Positions 48,189 through 58,779 are shown, counted from the first letter of the stretch. The stretch: 64,000 bases of DNA from an archaeon GW2011_AR15 (GCA_000830295.1 CP010425.1:128001-192000); one strand, 5' to 3'. The notes: generated by a model not told the origin, from the letters alone. Numbers and translations are program-made.

Positions 48189-50342
48189 ATGCCAAAGAAG
48201 CAACAAAAAAAGAAATTGGTTGTTGAGAAATTCTCCAAGAATGAAAAAGAAATCGATATTAAGAGGAAAAAAACACTTTGGTTTATTCTTGGAATTATTG
48301 GAGTTACAATATTTCTTTTGTTTGCCAACCTCGGATTAAAGATAAGATATCTAATATATGATGAATTGCAAGTAGAGATAAATCCTCTACAAAAAACCGT
48401 ATCTCTCAGAAATGATGAAACTCTTCCTCTGAGCTTTGAAGTGCAGAACAGAAATTTCCATACCTGTAGCAGCACCTGCGAGTTTGTGCTGACAGATACT
48501 TATACTGGCAAGGTACTCGGCAATAGAACCCTAGAGCTCAGGAGCAACCAGAAAGTAACTGAAGCTTATAATATCGGATTGGATGTTTCAGGAGAAGGCC
48601 AGAGAATATACTATTTTGAAGCCTACTGCTCAAATATAAAAACAGCAATTTGCCAGACAGATGGGGAGACAAGTTACAGGTCATCTATAATAACTATCAA
48701 TTATACTTATTCTGAATCTGAACAAAAGCTTCTTGATAGATTAAAAGAAGGTATTGCATTAAAACATGATGAACTATCAACTGCAAAACAGCAGGAGGAA
48801 GAGAGTGAGGAGTATATTTCAGAGATAAACAAGACAATCCCCACGAATAAATATATAGAGAAGAAAGCTGAAGAGTATCTTAAGGAGCTGGAAAAGGCTG
48901 TTGGATTATACAATGAACAAAAATTAAAAGAATCTGATGTTATATTATCAAGAATACCGCCCCTTGATTATTCCTTTGATCTGGATTCATTAAAAAATCA
49001 GGTTGCTGAATACAACAGGAATGCTGCTATGCTTAGTCTTCTAAACAGCACAGATTATCTTGCTGCTTATGATTTCTACGCCAGGACAAACATTTCAGAA
49101 TCAGCTGAATTTGAAGGACTATACAAAAATATCTCTGTGAAAAAGCTTGAAACATTTGAGAACATTACTAAGCTAAGCCAGTTTACTGATAAATTTCTTC
49201 TGGTGTCTGAATTAGTGGCCATATATCCTGCAAGGAAAAACAATAAAGAAATCAGCTACAAAAACGTAAATCTTCTGAATTATGGAAAATTTGAAAATCT
49301 GACTTTTAACTTTTCGGGAGAAATATGCCCTGATGCTGCTCTTCTTGAGAATGCAGATGAAGAGCACAATTATTCTGTTGCGCTGATAAACTATTCGGAA
49401 ATTCTGGTATACTGCAATACAGTTTACACTCCTCTGCCGGCAATCAAAACTTTTGAGGGCATTAGTCTTGAATATAAAGAGGGTTCTCAGGAGATTTTTG
49501 TACTGGAAGATGATCCGCCTGCCATATGCTGCATATACGGGAACTGCTCGCACTGCTCGGCAGATCCTAAAAATTACCCAACCGTATTTGTGCACGGTCA
49601 TTCTTTTAACATTCATGATCCGCCCGAGAGCTCTATTAAAACATTTACAAAAATACAGAAAAAGCTCACTGATGAGCATATAATAATTAATGCCGGGGAC
49701 ATAGATTATTCAACCGCATATAGCAGTCATTGGTCTCTTATGGCCTTGCCTGTGGGTGTGAGAGCAACATATTATTATCTCCCTTATTATGAAACAGAGC
49801 TGATCTTCAAGAGCATAAAGAAAGAAGAGGGCATTGAGAGCTACTCGCTGAGGCTGAAAGAAATTATTGATATAGTTCTTGCGAACACGGGAACCGATAA
49901 AGTCAACATTGTCGCTCACTCGATGGGCGGACTGGTAACAAGGAACTATCTTTCTGTGTTTGGAGAAAGCCATGTGAATAAGGTAGTCTTGATAGGGACA
50001 CCGAATAATGGTATTAGTGGCAGGGCAGATGCTTTATGCTCGCATTTTGCAGATAAAAAGGCATGTGATGATATGAGTCAGGATAGTATTTTTTTAAAGC
50101 GCCTTGACAGATACAGGCCTGATATTCCCGTATATCTTATAATCGGGAAAGGATGCGAAACCGACGGAAAAGATGGTGATGGAGTTGTTACAGCCGAATC
50201 TTCTGCTTTGGATTACGCGGACACCACATATATAAACGGGAAATGCCAGGATTTTCTCAATTCTGATTTGCATGGGGATCTTCTTGACCCTGAAAAATAT
50301 CCTGAAGCATATAATAGGATAAAAGAAATAATAACGGAATAG
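48189..50342 (+). CDS. Membrane-anchored large protein with C-terminal alpha/beta hydrolase (lipase-like)
   Basis: N-terminal TM; FVHG, AHSMGG, IGTPNNG, DGVV and H motifs. Confidence 0.85.
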   Translation: MPKKQQKKKLVVEKFSKNEKEIDIKRKKTLWFILGIIGVTIFLLFANLGLKIRYLIYDELQVEINPLQKTVSLRNDETLPLSFEVQNRNFHTCSSTCEFVLTDTYTGKVLGNRTLELRSNQKVTEAYNIGLDVSGEGQRIYYFEAYCSNIKTAICQTDGETSYRSSIITINYTYSESEQKLLDRLKEGIALKHDELSTAKQQEEESEEYISEINKTIPTNKYIEKKAEEYLKELEKAVGLYNEQKLKESDVILSRIPPLDYSFDLDSLKNQVAEYNRNAAMLSLLNSTDYLAAYDFYARTNISESAEFEGLYKNISVKKLETFENITKLSQFTDKFLLVSELVAIYPARKNNKEISYKNVNLLNYGKFENLTFNFSGEICPDAALLENADEEHNYSVALINYSEILVYCNTVYTPLPAIKTFEGISLEYKEGSQEIFVLEDDPPAICCIYGNCSHCSADPKNYPTVFVHGHSFNIHDPPESSIKTFTKIQKKLTDEHIIINAGDIDYSTAYSSHWSLMALPVGVRATYYYLPYYETELIFKSIKKEEGIESYSLRLKEIIDIVLANTGTDKVNIVAHSMGGLVTRNYLSVFGESHVNKVVLIGTPNNGISGRADALCSHFADKKACDDMSQDSIFLKRLDRYRPDIPVYLIIGKGCETDGKDGDGVVTAESSALDYADTTYINGKCQDFLNSDLHGDLLDPEKYPEAYNRIKEIITE

Positions 50343-51767
50343 TTATATTGCTTCATCATCAAGACTGCCCCAATCATTAACATGGGACGGATCTCTTTGA
50401 TTGTTATCTAAAAGAAATTCAAGGTTCGGAGACCTGCCGAATTCAATAAGGTCCTGCTGCAGTCTGAGAACAGAAGTCATCGAAAAGAGCAAAGATTCCT
50501 GTATATACTTTGGGTCCGGTTTGTATCCCGGAAGCGGCATGCCTCTCTCTGCCAGCAATGCATCCAGTTCTTCTTTATCTCTGAATTTAGGTTCGTGCAT
50601 AGCATTCAGAGAATGCTGGAGAAAAAACCTTATATTTTTCACAATAAACTCGAATAAGTTAGGCTTCCCTATTATTTTTTCAGGTGTAGAGTACGCCCAA
50701 TTTAGGCTTCCAGATATTGTTTTCAATTTGACATATGCATGGGAGATCCCTCTTTCAACCACCTCATCTTCTGCTATAACCGGGAAGTCAAACCTTCCAT
50801 CCAATACAAGAGTGTGCTTTAGGAACTCTGTTGAATCATGTAAAAATCTTATGTGCCTTTCCAGATATTCTGACGATTCCGGGAAAAGATGGATACCTAC
50901 ATGCTTGGTATTAGGCAGATTATGGCTTTTATCACCTTCGACGATTTTATCCAGATAGACTGATGGCATTGTTCCTTTCAAGATCCGGTGTGCTCTGGGG
51001 ACATTTTTCACAACAACCCAATTATCATAGTCACTGAACTGGCTTGGATCTGCTGTTCTTGAAGCAGACCCGTACAGCAATATTCCCAACAGGTCGTTTC
51101 CTAATTTTTCCCTTATCCAGTTTACATATGGGAATCTCTCAGTAATTTCTTTTTCAGTAACTTCTGCATTCCTTCTTCTTATGGGGTATGCTCTCGGCCC
51201 AATAGGGATTTCATTCAGGTATTCTATGAATTGCATCTTCATCTGGGATAATGCAGTGTCCCAGTTCTCTTCACTCTCCAAATCACCGAACAGAAAAGGA
51301 TATTTCCTTTCTTCCAGGTGACCGTATATCCTTCCAATCATATACAATCTGTTCAGGATATGCGCTTTATTCACAACTGTTCCGAGTTCTCTTCTGCCAT
51401 GAACTATGGCGGCATCAATTGTCGCTCCCTTTGCCTCTATTTCGGTCTGCAGCTGCAGCAGTATCTTCTCTCCTTCCGGTATTGCTTCCTGCCCTATGTT
51501 AAAATATTCCTGCATGAGGTCCTCCGGCATATTCTTAGTAATCCTCCTAAATGTAGTCGGTATGTAATCTTTAAAACCCTGAACGACACCAACTGACCAT
51601 GGGTTGGTCAGTGTATCGGCATCTGAAGAAGCGAGTAATGCTGCTAGGTCATCAGGTGTCGGAATTCCATTTAAGAGTACCGGCCTGACATACTTGAATG
51701 TATCTTCGTACGGTAGTCCCGGGACCTGGTAATTAAGCCCTTTGTCTTCGAAAATAATGTTTACCAT
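50343..51767 (-). CDS. Pol-beta superfamily nucleotidyltransferase-domain protein
   Basis: LLYGSASR...SDYD motif in the middle; flanking domains unknown. Confidence 0.7.
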   Translation of the reverse strand: MVNIIFEDKGLNYQVPGLPYEDTFKYVRPVLLNGIPTPDDLAALLASSDADTLTNPWSVGVVQGFKDYIPTTFRRITKNMPEDLMQEYFNIGQEAIPEGEKILLQLQTEIEAKGATIDAAIVHGRRELGTVVNKAHILNRLYMIGRIYGHLEERKYPFLFGDLESEENWDTALSQMKMQFIEYLNEIPIGPRAYPIRRRNAEVTEKEITERFPYVNWIREKLGNDLLGILLYGSASRTADPSQFSDYDNWVVVKNVPRAHRILKGTMPSVYLDKIVEGDKSHNLPNTKHVGIHLFPESSEYLERHIRFLHDSTEFLKHTLVLDGRFDFPVIAEDEVVERGISHAYVKLKTISGSLNWAYSTPEKIIGKPNLFEFIVKNIRFFLQHSLNAMHEPKFRDKEELDALLAERGMPLPGYKPDPKYIQESLLFSMTSVLRLQQDLIEFGRSPNLEFLLDNNQRDPSHVNDWGSLDDEAI

Positions 51768-51898
51768 TCTCTATAGACTAAATGGTATTAGTACTTATAA
51801 ATATAACTAGGACATGTTGAGAATCCTATCATGAATAACCCTGCCAGATAAAGGTAATTCTGGCCATCTCGAAACTATTATATCTGGCGTTGCTGAAA

Positions 51899-51984
51899 TA
51901 GCCCCGCCAGGATTCGAACCTGGGTCCCGTCCTTTCTTCTGTTAATCCAAAGGGACGGATGATTGGCCACTACACTACGGGGCT
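51899..51984 (-). tRNA. tRNA-Gln(TTG) with 13-nt canonical intron
   Basis: AGCCCCG/CGGGGCT acceptor; CGTCC-CTTTGG[ATTAACAGAAGAA]A-GGACG anticodon arm; TTCGAAT T-loop. Confidence 0.92.
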
Positions 51985-52028
51985 TTAAAGCAAAAGAAGT
52001 CCAAGCAGTTTAAATAAATTGCTTCTCC

Positions 52029-52796
52029 CTAGTCTGATTGGTTGATCTCCCAGAATCTCAGCATCTCCTCTTCCATGAAATGAAGCTTTCCGGGAATTAT
52101 CAGACAGTGCAGAGGCCCTCCAAAATCAAAATCCAGCAGCTCATGCACACTACCGTATTTTATCAGCTGATTCCGGCTGCCAAGCCTTGCACAACCTATA
52201 ACCCCGGTCTTCTCGCTTATGACCTTTTCTTTCCTTCTGTTTTCAATCTCCAGCAATTGTGCCAGGGCATGGTTCACTGACATGAATCTGTCGGGCTTAA
52301 TATCCAGCAACACCAGAGTATGAAGTCCGTTCTTAAGGTTCATTTTTATCACATCATAAGGTGTTTCAGGTTCAAAAGAAGGCTCAAAAAAAGGCATTGA
52401 GGTTGTCTTACCATATTTGTAAAGCTCAAGCCCCACAGAGCCTACAGCTGTCAGGATTGAAGCATTGTGAATCATTTCAATCTGTATACCTTTTTCTTTT
52501 GCTCTCAAGAATAAGTCAATGTGAGTTGTGGCTGAGAAAATATCACCTACGACAAGAAATGCCACATTACTGGCAGCTGCCTTGTTTATTATCTGGTCTG
52601 AATTATTCTCAACCATCTCCCTGTCTGCCAGCACAATTGCCCTGCCGTAGAAGTTCTCAAGCCTTTCCAGAGAGACATTGAGCCTGGAAGTATAGCCTTC
52701 CAGGAAAACGTAGTCACACTCCTTTACTGCTTCAAGGCCCTTCAGACTTATATCTTTTTCATCATTCAGCCCCAGGCCAATCATATACAATGTCAT
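52029..52796 (-). CDS. dph5: Diphthine synthase
   Basis: GLGL, LEGYTS, ATTH, YKYG, GLHTLVLLD and PLHCLIIPG motifs. Confidence 0.96.
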   Translation of the reverse strand: MTLYMIGLGLNDEKDISLKGLEAVKECDYVFLEGYTSRLNVSLERLENFYGRAIVLADREMVENNSDQIINKAAASNVAFLVVGDIFSATTHIDLFLRAKEKGIQIEMIHNASILTAVGSVGLELYKYGKTTSMPFFEPSFEPETPYDVIKMNLKNGLHTLVLLDIKPDRFMSVNHALAQLLEIENRRKEKVISEKTGVIGCARLGSRNQLIKYGSVHELLDFDFGGPLHCLIIPGKLHFMEEEMLRFWEINQSD

Positions 52797-52842
52797 AATG
52801 GATAGCTATTCAGAATTGTTTAAATAATTTGCCAAGATAGAG

Positions 52843-53280
52843 TTATTTGAACAGCTTAACATACTCACTAATGGCCTTGGCAAGTCCCTGCAGGGGCTCT
52901 ATTGATGGACTATATGCAGTCACGGATATTTTATGTTTCCCAAATTCCATAAGATTCCAGTCAAGCTGCCTAGTAATCCTCATTCTGTATTCTACCCCTT
53001 TTTCTGTATCTTGAGAAATAGTCCAGCCCGAATATATCTTGCCGGTGTTTATTCTTCCGCACTGCCTTATCCTGTCAATAGGGAGGTTGTTTTCTGAAAT
53101 GTATTTTTGTATAGAACTGAAGCCAATCTCTTCATTTCTTCCGGTATCAACCTCCACTACAAGCTCAAAGTGCAGTCCTGGTTTTTCATACCTCCTGTCA
53201 GTATATTCATTTAATTCCATCTTTTTGATATACTCTCCCTCCGGTAGATATGCTTCAAGCCCTTCATAGATGTCTGTCAT
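52843..53280 (-). CDS. Hypothetical protein
   Basis: ORF only. Confidence 0.6.
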   Translation of the reverse strand: MTDIYEGLEAYLPEGEYIKKMELNEYTDRRYEKPGLHFELVVEVDTGRNEEIGFSSIQKYISENNLPIDRIRQCGRINTGKIYSGWTISQDTEKGVEYRMRITRQLDWNLMEFGKHKISVTAYSPSIEPLQGLAKAISEYVKLFK

Positions 53281-53452
53281 TGTAACGGTGTGGAGAAGTA
53301 GTTTTCTTATAAAATTAACTTAATTTCCTTAATCAAAAAAAGAAAAACTCTCTTCCCCTCCCGGAGAAGAGAATAAATAGCCTCTATCCTAAAACTTTCG
53401 GGGGTGATTTACAGATAGAGGCAAGAAGGGCACCCACAAAGACCAAGGGTGA

Positions 53453-54523
53453 TCATCTAACGATTTCTATGCCTAGCTCTTCTGATACGTCAGCCATCTG
53501 CTGGCGGCCGAGCCTCTGGTCGTGTTTTCCAAGTATCCATGGGCTCTTGACGCCTGTCACGATTGTCATGACAGTAAGCTTTCCTTTCATGTCCTCTGAA
53601 ATCCTAGCTCCCCAGATGACATTTGCGTCTTCATCAAGACTGTCTGTCACCAGTTCACCGATTGTATTGATTTCCTCAAGTGTCAGGTCAGGTCCACCCA
53701 CAACATGTATCAGTGCTCCTGTAGCTCCCTCATAGTTTATGTCAAGCAATGGGTTGCTCAGTGCGCCTTTTACAGCTTCTTCTACTCTGTTGTTTGTGTC
53801 TGATGCTCCTACACCGATAGCTGCGACTCCACCGTTTGTCATTATTGCCTTAACGTCTGCATAGTCAAGGTTGACAAGTGACGGCAATGCAATTGTTTCC
53901 ACTATTCCTTTTATCATTGTAGCGATAAGCTCGTTTGCCACTGCAAATGCCTGCCTTATTGGCAGGTTTCCTGCAATCTGGACAAGCCTGTTATTATCGA
54001 TTACAATAACTGTGTCAGATACTTTTCTCAACTGCTGCAGGCCGAATTCTGCCTTATCAACTCTTGCCCTCTCAATCTTGAATGGCATTGTAACTGTGCC
54101 AATAACTATTGAGCCAAGGTCTCTGGCAACTTCAGCAATTACCGGTGCGGACCCTGTTCCTGTTCCGCCGCCCATTCCTGCGCAGATAAATACCATGTCT
54201 GAGCCTTTAAGTGCTTCTTTGATTTCATTCATCTGCTCGTGTGCTGCTTCATGCCCTTTTTCAGGGAATCCACCGCATCCAAGTCCTCTGGTTGTTTCCC
54301 TACCAATAAGGAATTTCCTGTCTGCCTCAGTAACACTCAAGTGCTGCTGGTCTGTGTTGCAGGCAATAATCTCAGCGCCCTTAACACCTTTCTGGTAAAG
54401 CCAGTTAACCATGTTGTTCCCGGCTCCTCCTGAGCCGATAACCTTAATGGTTGCCTGATGGGTTTCTACTCCCGCAAAGTCACTAGACTTGCTTTTCAGT
54501 GCGTTGTCAATGATATGTTCCAT
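53453..54523 (-). CDS. ftsZ: Cell division protein FtsZ
   Basis: GGAGNN, GMGGGTGTG and NLDYAD motifs. Confidence 0.98.
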   Translation of the reverse strand: MEHIIDNALKSKSSDFAGVETHQATIKVIGSGGAGNNMVNWLYQKGVKGAEIIACNTDQQHLSVTEADRKFLIGRETTRGLGCGGFPEKGHEAAHEQMNEIKEALKGSDMVFICAGMGGGTGTGSAPVIAEVARDLGSIVIGTVTMPFKIERARVDKAEFGLQQLRKVSDTVIVIDNNRLVQIAGNLPIRQAFAVANELIATMIKGIVETIALPSLVNLDYADVKAIMTNGGVAAIGVGASDTNNRVEEAVKGALSNPLLDINYEGATGALIHVVGGPDLTLEEINTIGELVTDSLDEDANVIWGARISEDMKGKLTVMTIVTGVKSPWILGKHDQRLGRQQMADVSEELGIEIVR

Positions 54524-54785
54524 TTTTCTTCTAACCCCCACACGTCTTTGTGTTGTGTTGTTGTTTTTGGCTGAATATAACTACTCCAGTATATATCTTA
54601 AACTAGGTAAATGTTTAAATACTAGTTTAGTATATTCTCCTTTAGAACAAGCCACACTTGATCGAACCAACTAATTATTTATAGTCTAAATAATTTTTAA
54701 CAGCCACAATTTTTAATTTATGTATATAGCTGGGTAGTATTTAAATCTTTTTATTTTTAGATGTATATATTACAGAATATATAAT

Positions 54786-55499
54786 TTATTTTTTAGATCC
54801 CTTGCGCTTCTCTATGGCATCCTTTCCCACGTCGATAAGACCTTTGAAAAGCCGTGAGATTTTGTCAAATACAAGGGGATTTTGCATAACTCTCTCTATG
54901 TTTGAAACCCTGGTCCCATAAGATTCGAAATAGCAGACATTCTCCATGGTATAGTGGGTCGGAGCAGGAACAATCTCGTCGGGGTAACCAAGAGGAAGAA
55001 TGGCCTGCGGCCTTATATCCCCTGGAATGTTAAGGGCTCGTTTAAGCATATCTTCGTCAAAATCGCTTACCCAGCAGGATCCAAGTCCTAGACAATGGGC
55101 AGTCAGTAGCATGTTTTCTATTGCTGCTGCACAGTTCTGCACTGAATACAGCCTGTCTCCCCTGATTCCATAGAACTGCTTGAGCTTTTCTGTTTCAGCA
55201 CACACGACGATAATAACAGGGGCGGAAGCTATCCAGAGCTGGTGCATTGCTGCTTCGGCAACTCTCTGTTTGTTCTCCTTATCTTTTACAAGAACAAACC
55301 TCCAGTTCTGTATGTTACCGGAGCTCGGGGCATATCTTCCCCCGTCAATAACCACACCAAGAATTTCCATAGGCACGTCTTGGGAGGTAAACTTCCTTAT
55401 TGATCTTCTCGTCGCTATAGCCTCAAAGACATTCATCTTCATCTTTTCAGGGCTTACAGAATCCTTTATATCAAAGGATGGGTTTTCTTTCTCCTGCAT
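54786..55499 (-). CDS. Nitroreductase family protein
   Basis: RRSIRKF, APSSGN.Q.W and GLGSCW motifs. Confidence 0.93.
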   Translation of the reverse strand: MQEKENPSFDIKDSVSPEKMKMNVFEAIATRRSIRKFTSQDVPMEILGVVIDGGRYAPSSGNIQNWRFVLVKDKENKQRVAEAAMHQLWIASAPVIIVVCAETEKLKQFYGIRGDRLYSVQNCAAAIENMLLTAHCLGLGSCWVSDFDEDMLKRALNIPGDIRPQAILPLGYPDEIVPAPTHYTMENVCYFESYGTRVSNIERVMQNPLVFDKISRLFKGLIDVGKDAIEKRKGSKK

Positions 55500-55560
55500 A
55501 TAGCCGTTTATGGCTTTCTCCTTTAAATAGTTTGTTATAGTTTTTTACTGCTGCTCTCTA

Positions 55561-55594
55561 AATGTTTCATAAATGGAACAATGTTTCATAAATG
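55561..55594. promoter_or_regulatory. Tandem quasi-palindromic operator before the wHTH gene
   Basis: AATGTTTCATAAATG twice (19-bp period) abutting the TATA box TTTAAATA. Confidence 0.5.
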
Positions 55595-55633
55595 AAAAGA
55601 TTTAAATATTGTATGAAAATTAATCAAGATGGC

Positions 55634-56164
55634 ATGGAGAACCAGGAAATAATAGAGAAGCTGTTTGATGCCAAACTTGTGGGAATTCTGAAGGCCTTTC
55701 TTAAGAATGAAGAGAATGAGTACTACCTCAGGGAATTGGCAAGGTCTGCCCAGGTAAGCCCAGCTTCTACATACAGAATTCTGAACAGGCTGGTTAAGCT
55801 TGAGCTTCTTGAATCAAGGGAGATAAAGACTGCCAAACTCTATAAGCTGGCCTCCAACAAGAAAGTGGAGTTCATAAAATCAATACTTGAGGTTGACATT
55901 CTTGATTATTTTGTTGACAAAGTCTCCAAGATGCCGGGAGTTGAACAGGTGCTGCAGCTGGGAAAAAAAGATAAAATCAAAGCAAATGTGATTCTCCTTG
56001 GAACCACAATAAATACAGCAGATGTGAAACTGCTTGCGGGAGAGATAAAGGAGAAGTACGGGTTTACAGTAAACCAGATGACCCTTTCAAAAGAGCAGTA
56101 TGAGCAGATGGCCTCCATGGGCCTGTATCCAGGTGAGAAAAAAATTCTGTTCAGGGCTGCATAA
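55634..56164 (+). CDS. Winged-helix protein with degenerate nucleotidyltransferase-like C-domain
   Basis: YYLRELAR...SPASTYRIL HTH; the C-terminal half lacks catalytic Asp residues. Confidence 0.7.
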   Translation: MENQEIIEKLFDAKLVGILKAFLKNEENEYYLRELARSAQVSPASTYRILNRLVKLELLESREIKTAKLYKLASNKKVEFIKSILEVDILDYFVDKVSKMPGVEQVLQLGKKDKIKANVILLGTTINTADVKLLAGEIKEKYGFTVNQMTLSKEQYEQMASMGLYPGEKKILFRAA

Positions 56165-56196
56165 ATCTTATAAAGCTGTGCCAAATGCAATAACCT

Positions 56197-58083
56197 ATGA
56201 TTTCTGAAGCAAGAAAACAGGAGCTGCTGTTTCCGTATGAGATTGTGAGAGAGGAACAAAACAAGCTGCTTCTGCTTACAGCTGCCACCATAGAAAACAA
56301 GAGAAATCTGATTGTGCATGCTCCCACAGGACTCGGAAAGACAGCAGCGACCCTGAGCCCTGCCCTGAAAGCTGCAATAGACAAGGACATGACTGTCCTT
56401 TTCCTGACCTCAAGGCACACCCAGCATAAGATTGCCATAGAGACCCTGAAACTGATAAAGGAGAAATTCGGGGCAGATACAAGCTCGGTTTCGATAATAG
56501 GAAAAAAATGGATGTGCATCCAGCCCGGAGTAAGCAGCCTATACAGCAAAGACTTTGCTGAATACTGCAAGAGGCTGAAAGAAGAAAAAAAGTGCGAGTT
56601 CTATACAAATGCCAGGAAGAACCAGAACACGTTCACTATAGGCGCAACAAAACTTCTAAGCAACATAAAGGGCCTTTCACCTTTAACAACAGAAGAAGTC
56701 ATAGAGCATTCAGAAGATGAGAGGATGTGCCCTTATGAGATTTCGCTTGGCATGGCAAAGAATGCCAAGGTCATAATAGCTGATTACTATTATCTGTTCC
56801 ATCCAAAAATAGGGGAGAACTTCCTTGCAAAAGCTGAAAAGGATATCAGCAAGCTGATTGTCATAGTGGATGAAGCCCATAACCTTCCTGACAGGCTGAA
56901 AGACCTTGCCTCCGAATACCTTACAACAATAACAATAAGCAGGGCAATAAAAGAGGCTGAAAAATTTGGGTATGACAATACAGTTGATATTCTTGCAGAA
57001 ATAAAAAATATACTTGAAGAGCTGGCTGAGGGCATGAAAATTGAATCAGAGGCAAAGCTGACAAGGGAGCAGTTTGAATCAAAGTTAGAAGGATATGATT
57101 ATGACCAGCTGATAGGGGATCTTGAGCATGTGGGGGATGCAATAAGGGAAACCCAAAAGCAATCCTATATTGGGGCTATTGCTGCTTTCCTTGAAGCGTG
57201 GCAGGGTAGAGATGAGGGATTCACAAGAATCCTGTCATACAAAAGGGGCCTGAGAGAGCCTTTCATCTCAATCTCATACAGGTGCCTTGACCCGAGCGTT
57301 GTCTGCGGGGAGATAATAAACAATACCTGCTCAACCATCCTTATGTCCGGCACCTTACTTCCGACTTCAATGTACAAAGAGCTTCTTGGGCTGGAAGATG
57401 CGCAGGAGGTTGTCTTCAGCGATCCTTTCCCCAAAAAGAACAGGATTAATCTTGTAGTGCCAAAGACAACAACCAAATTCACAAGAAGGGATGAAAAACA
57501 GTTCCAGCTGCAGGCAAAGATGCTGGCAGAAATGGTGAATGCGATTCCGGGAAACTCGGCTGTGTTTTTTCCGAGCTATTATCTCAGGGACAGGATATTG
57601 GTTTATTTTGACAGTGATTGTGTAAAAACAGTCTTCACAGAAAAGCCGCACATGACAAAGGCAGAGAAGCAGAGCATGCTTGACCGCTTCAAGGAATACA
57701 AGGATATCGGGGCAACTCTGCTGGCAGTTGCCTCAGGAAGCTTTGGGGAAGGCATTGACCTGCCGGGAGACTTTCTCAAAGGAGTCATAGTAGTCGGGCT
57801 TCCGCTTTCCCAGCCTGATTTGGAGAAGAAATCGCTTATTGAGTATTTTGACAAAAAATTCAGCAGGGGCTGGGACTACGGCTACCTGTTCCCTGCCTTC
57901 AACAAGACCCTCCAGAATGCGGGCAGGTGCATAAGATCCGAGACAGACAAAGGGATAATAATTTTCCTTGATGAGAGATACATCTGGCCCAATTATAAAC
58001 GATGTTTTCCTGAAGACTGGGAGATTGAAGTGAGTGAGAATTACAAGGGAATGATAAGGGAGTTTTTTAATACCAAGAAATAA
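56197..58083 (+). CDS. XPD/Rad3/DinG family Fe-S helicase
   Basis: APTGLGKT, four Cys incl. CPY, DEAH, SGT, FPSY, EGID and QNAGRCIR motifs. Confidence 0.95.
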   Translation: MISEARKQELLFPYEIVREEQNKLLLLTAATIENKRNLIVHAPTGLGKTAATLSPALKAAIDKDMTVLFLTSRHTQHKIAIETLKLIKEKFGADTSSVSIIGKKWMCIQPGVSSLYSKDFAEYCKRLKEEKKCEFYTNARKNQNTFTIGATKLLSNIKGLSPLTTEEVIEHSEDERMCPYEISLGMAKNAKVIIADYYYLFHPKIGENFLAKAEKDISKLIVIVDEAHNLPDRLKDLASEYLTTITISRAIKEAEKFGYDNTVDILAEIKNILEELAEGMKIESEAKLTREQFESKLEGYDYDQLIGDLEHVGDAIRETQKQSYIGAIAAFLEAWQGRDEGFTRILSYKRGLREPFISISYRCLDPSVVCGEIINNTCSTILMSGTLLPTSMYKELLGLEDAQEVVFSDPFPKKNRINLVVPKTTTKFTRRDEKQFQLQAKMLAEMVNAIPGNSAVFFPSYYLRDRILVYFDSDCVKTVFTEKPHMTKAEKQSMLDRFKEYKDIGATLLAVASGSFGEGIDLPGDFLKGVIVVGLPLSQPDLEKKSLIEYFDKKFSRGWDYGYLFPAFNKTLQNAGRCIRSETDKGIIIFLDERYIWPNYKRCFPEDWEIEVSENYKGMIREFFNTKK

Positions 58084-58147
58084 TTTAATATACTTTTTTG
58101 TATACTAATCGCAATATTTATATATTAGTAGTTCTTTTAATATTCAA

Positions 58148-58558
58148 ATGGTGGTATTATTCGACCAGTTCAACCTGCCTGAGGATATATTCGAAATAAT
58201 CTATGCTACAAAGCAGCAGGTCATAGTAGCAAAGCTCCTTGTCAGGCATATGAAAGAAAACAAGGGTGAAATCGGAAAGACAGAGATGTCTATGTTCGCC
58301 ACCCAGCTGCATGACGGCAATATGGTCACCCAGATTGATGACCCCGCCTACAAAGGGAAGAAAGTAAAGATATCATATAACAAAAGGCAGTTTTATGACA
58401 GAATCCTTACACCTATGAAGAGCATGGGGCTCATAGACTATGACCTATACAAAAAAACATATTCACTATCAGAAAAATTCAATAAAAACATGATGAGAGT
58501 AGGACTAATGTGGCTTCAGGAACTAAGAAAGCCTCCATTAGACTATAAATCAGGTTAA
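58148..58558 (+). CDS. Hypothetical protein, possibly winged-helix
   Basis: Clean ORF with TATA; RQFYDRILTPMKSMGLI. Confidence 0.7.
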   Translation: MVVLFDQFNLPEDIFEIIYATKQQVIVAKLLVRHMKENKGEIGKTEMSMFATQLHDGNMVTQIDDPAYKGKKVKISYNKRQFYDRILTPMKSMGLIDYDLYKKTYSLSEKFNKNMMRVGLMWLQELRKPPLDYKSG

Positions 58559-58564
58559 CCAAGA

Positions 58565-58750
58565 GCTCCCCTTGCCTGAAAATTCTCAACCCCCTCCCCA
58601 AAAAGGAAGGGGAGCATCTTACCTTAATGAGCTATGGCTCATTAAGGTTCACAATGCTACTTAAGGAACTGAGAATCCTTAAGCTCACAAACGGCTCCCT
58701 ATTGCCAAGATTCTGATTATACCCCTCCCCAAAAATCCCAATAGGGAGCC
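58565..58750. repeat. Array of four hairpins (A-B-B'-A')
   Basis: Stems at 58565-58615, 58621-58648, 58660-58683 and 58693-58750, with repeated loop or flank motifs. Confidence 0.7.
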
Positions 58751-58779
58751 ATCCTTTTTTCAGATTCAGATGTTGTTGC

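Noticed and set aside
48189-51767. CBASS-like pair (nucleotidyltransferase plus lipase)
   Set aside because: The genes are convergent, the hydrolase looks extracellular and is not patatin-like, and CD-NTase features were not recognisable.
53340-53425. Two hairpins downstream of ftsZ
   Set aside because: Adequately explained as 3' UTR or terminator structures.
58565-58750. CRISPR array or H/ACA guide RNAs
   Set aside because: There are no constant-length identical repeats with spacers and no cas genes. Hairpins followed by ACA lack pseudouridylation pockets and K-turns.
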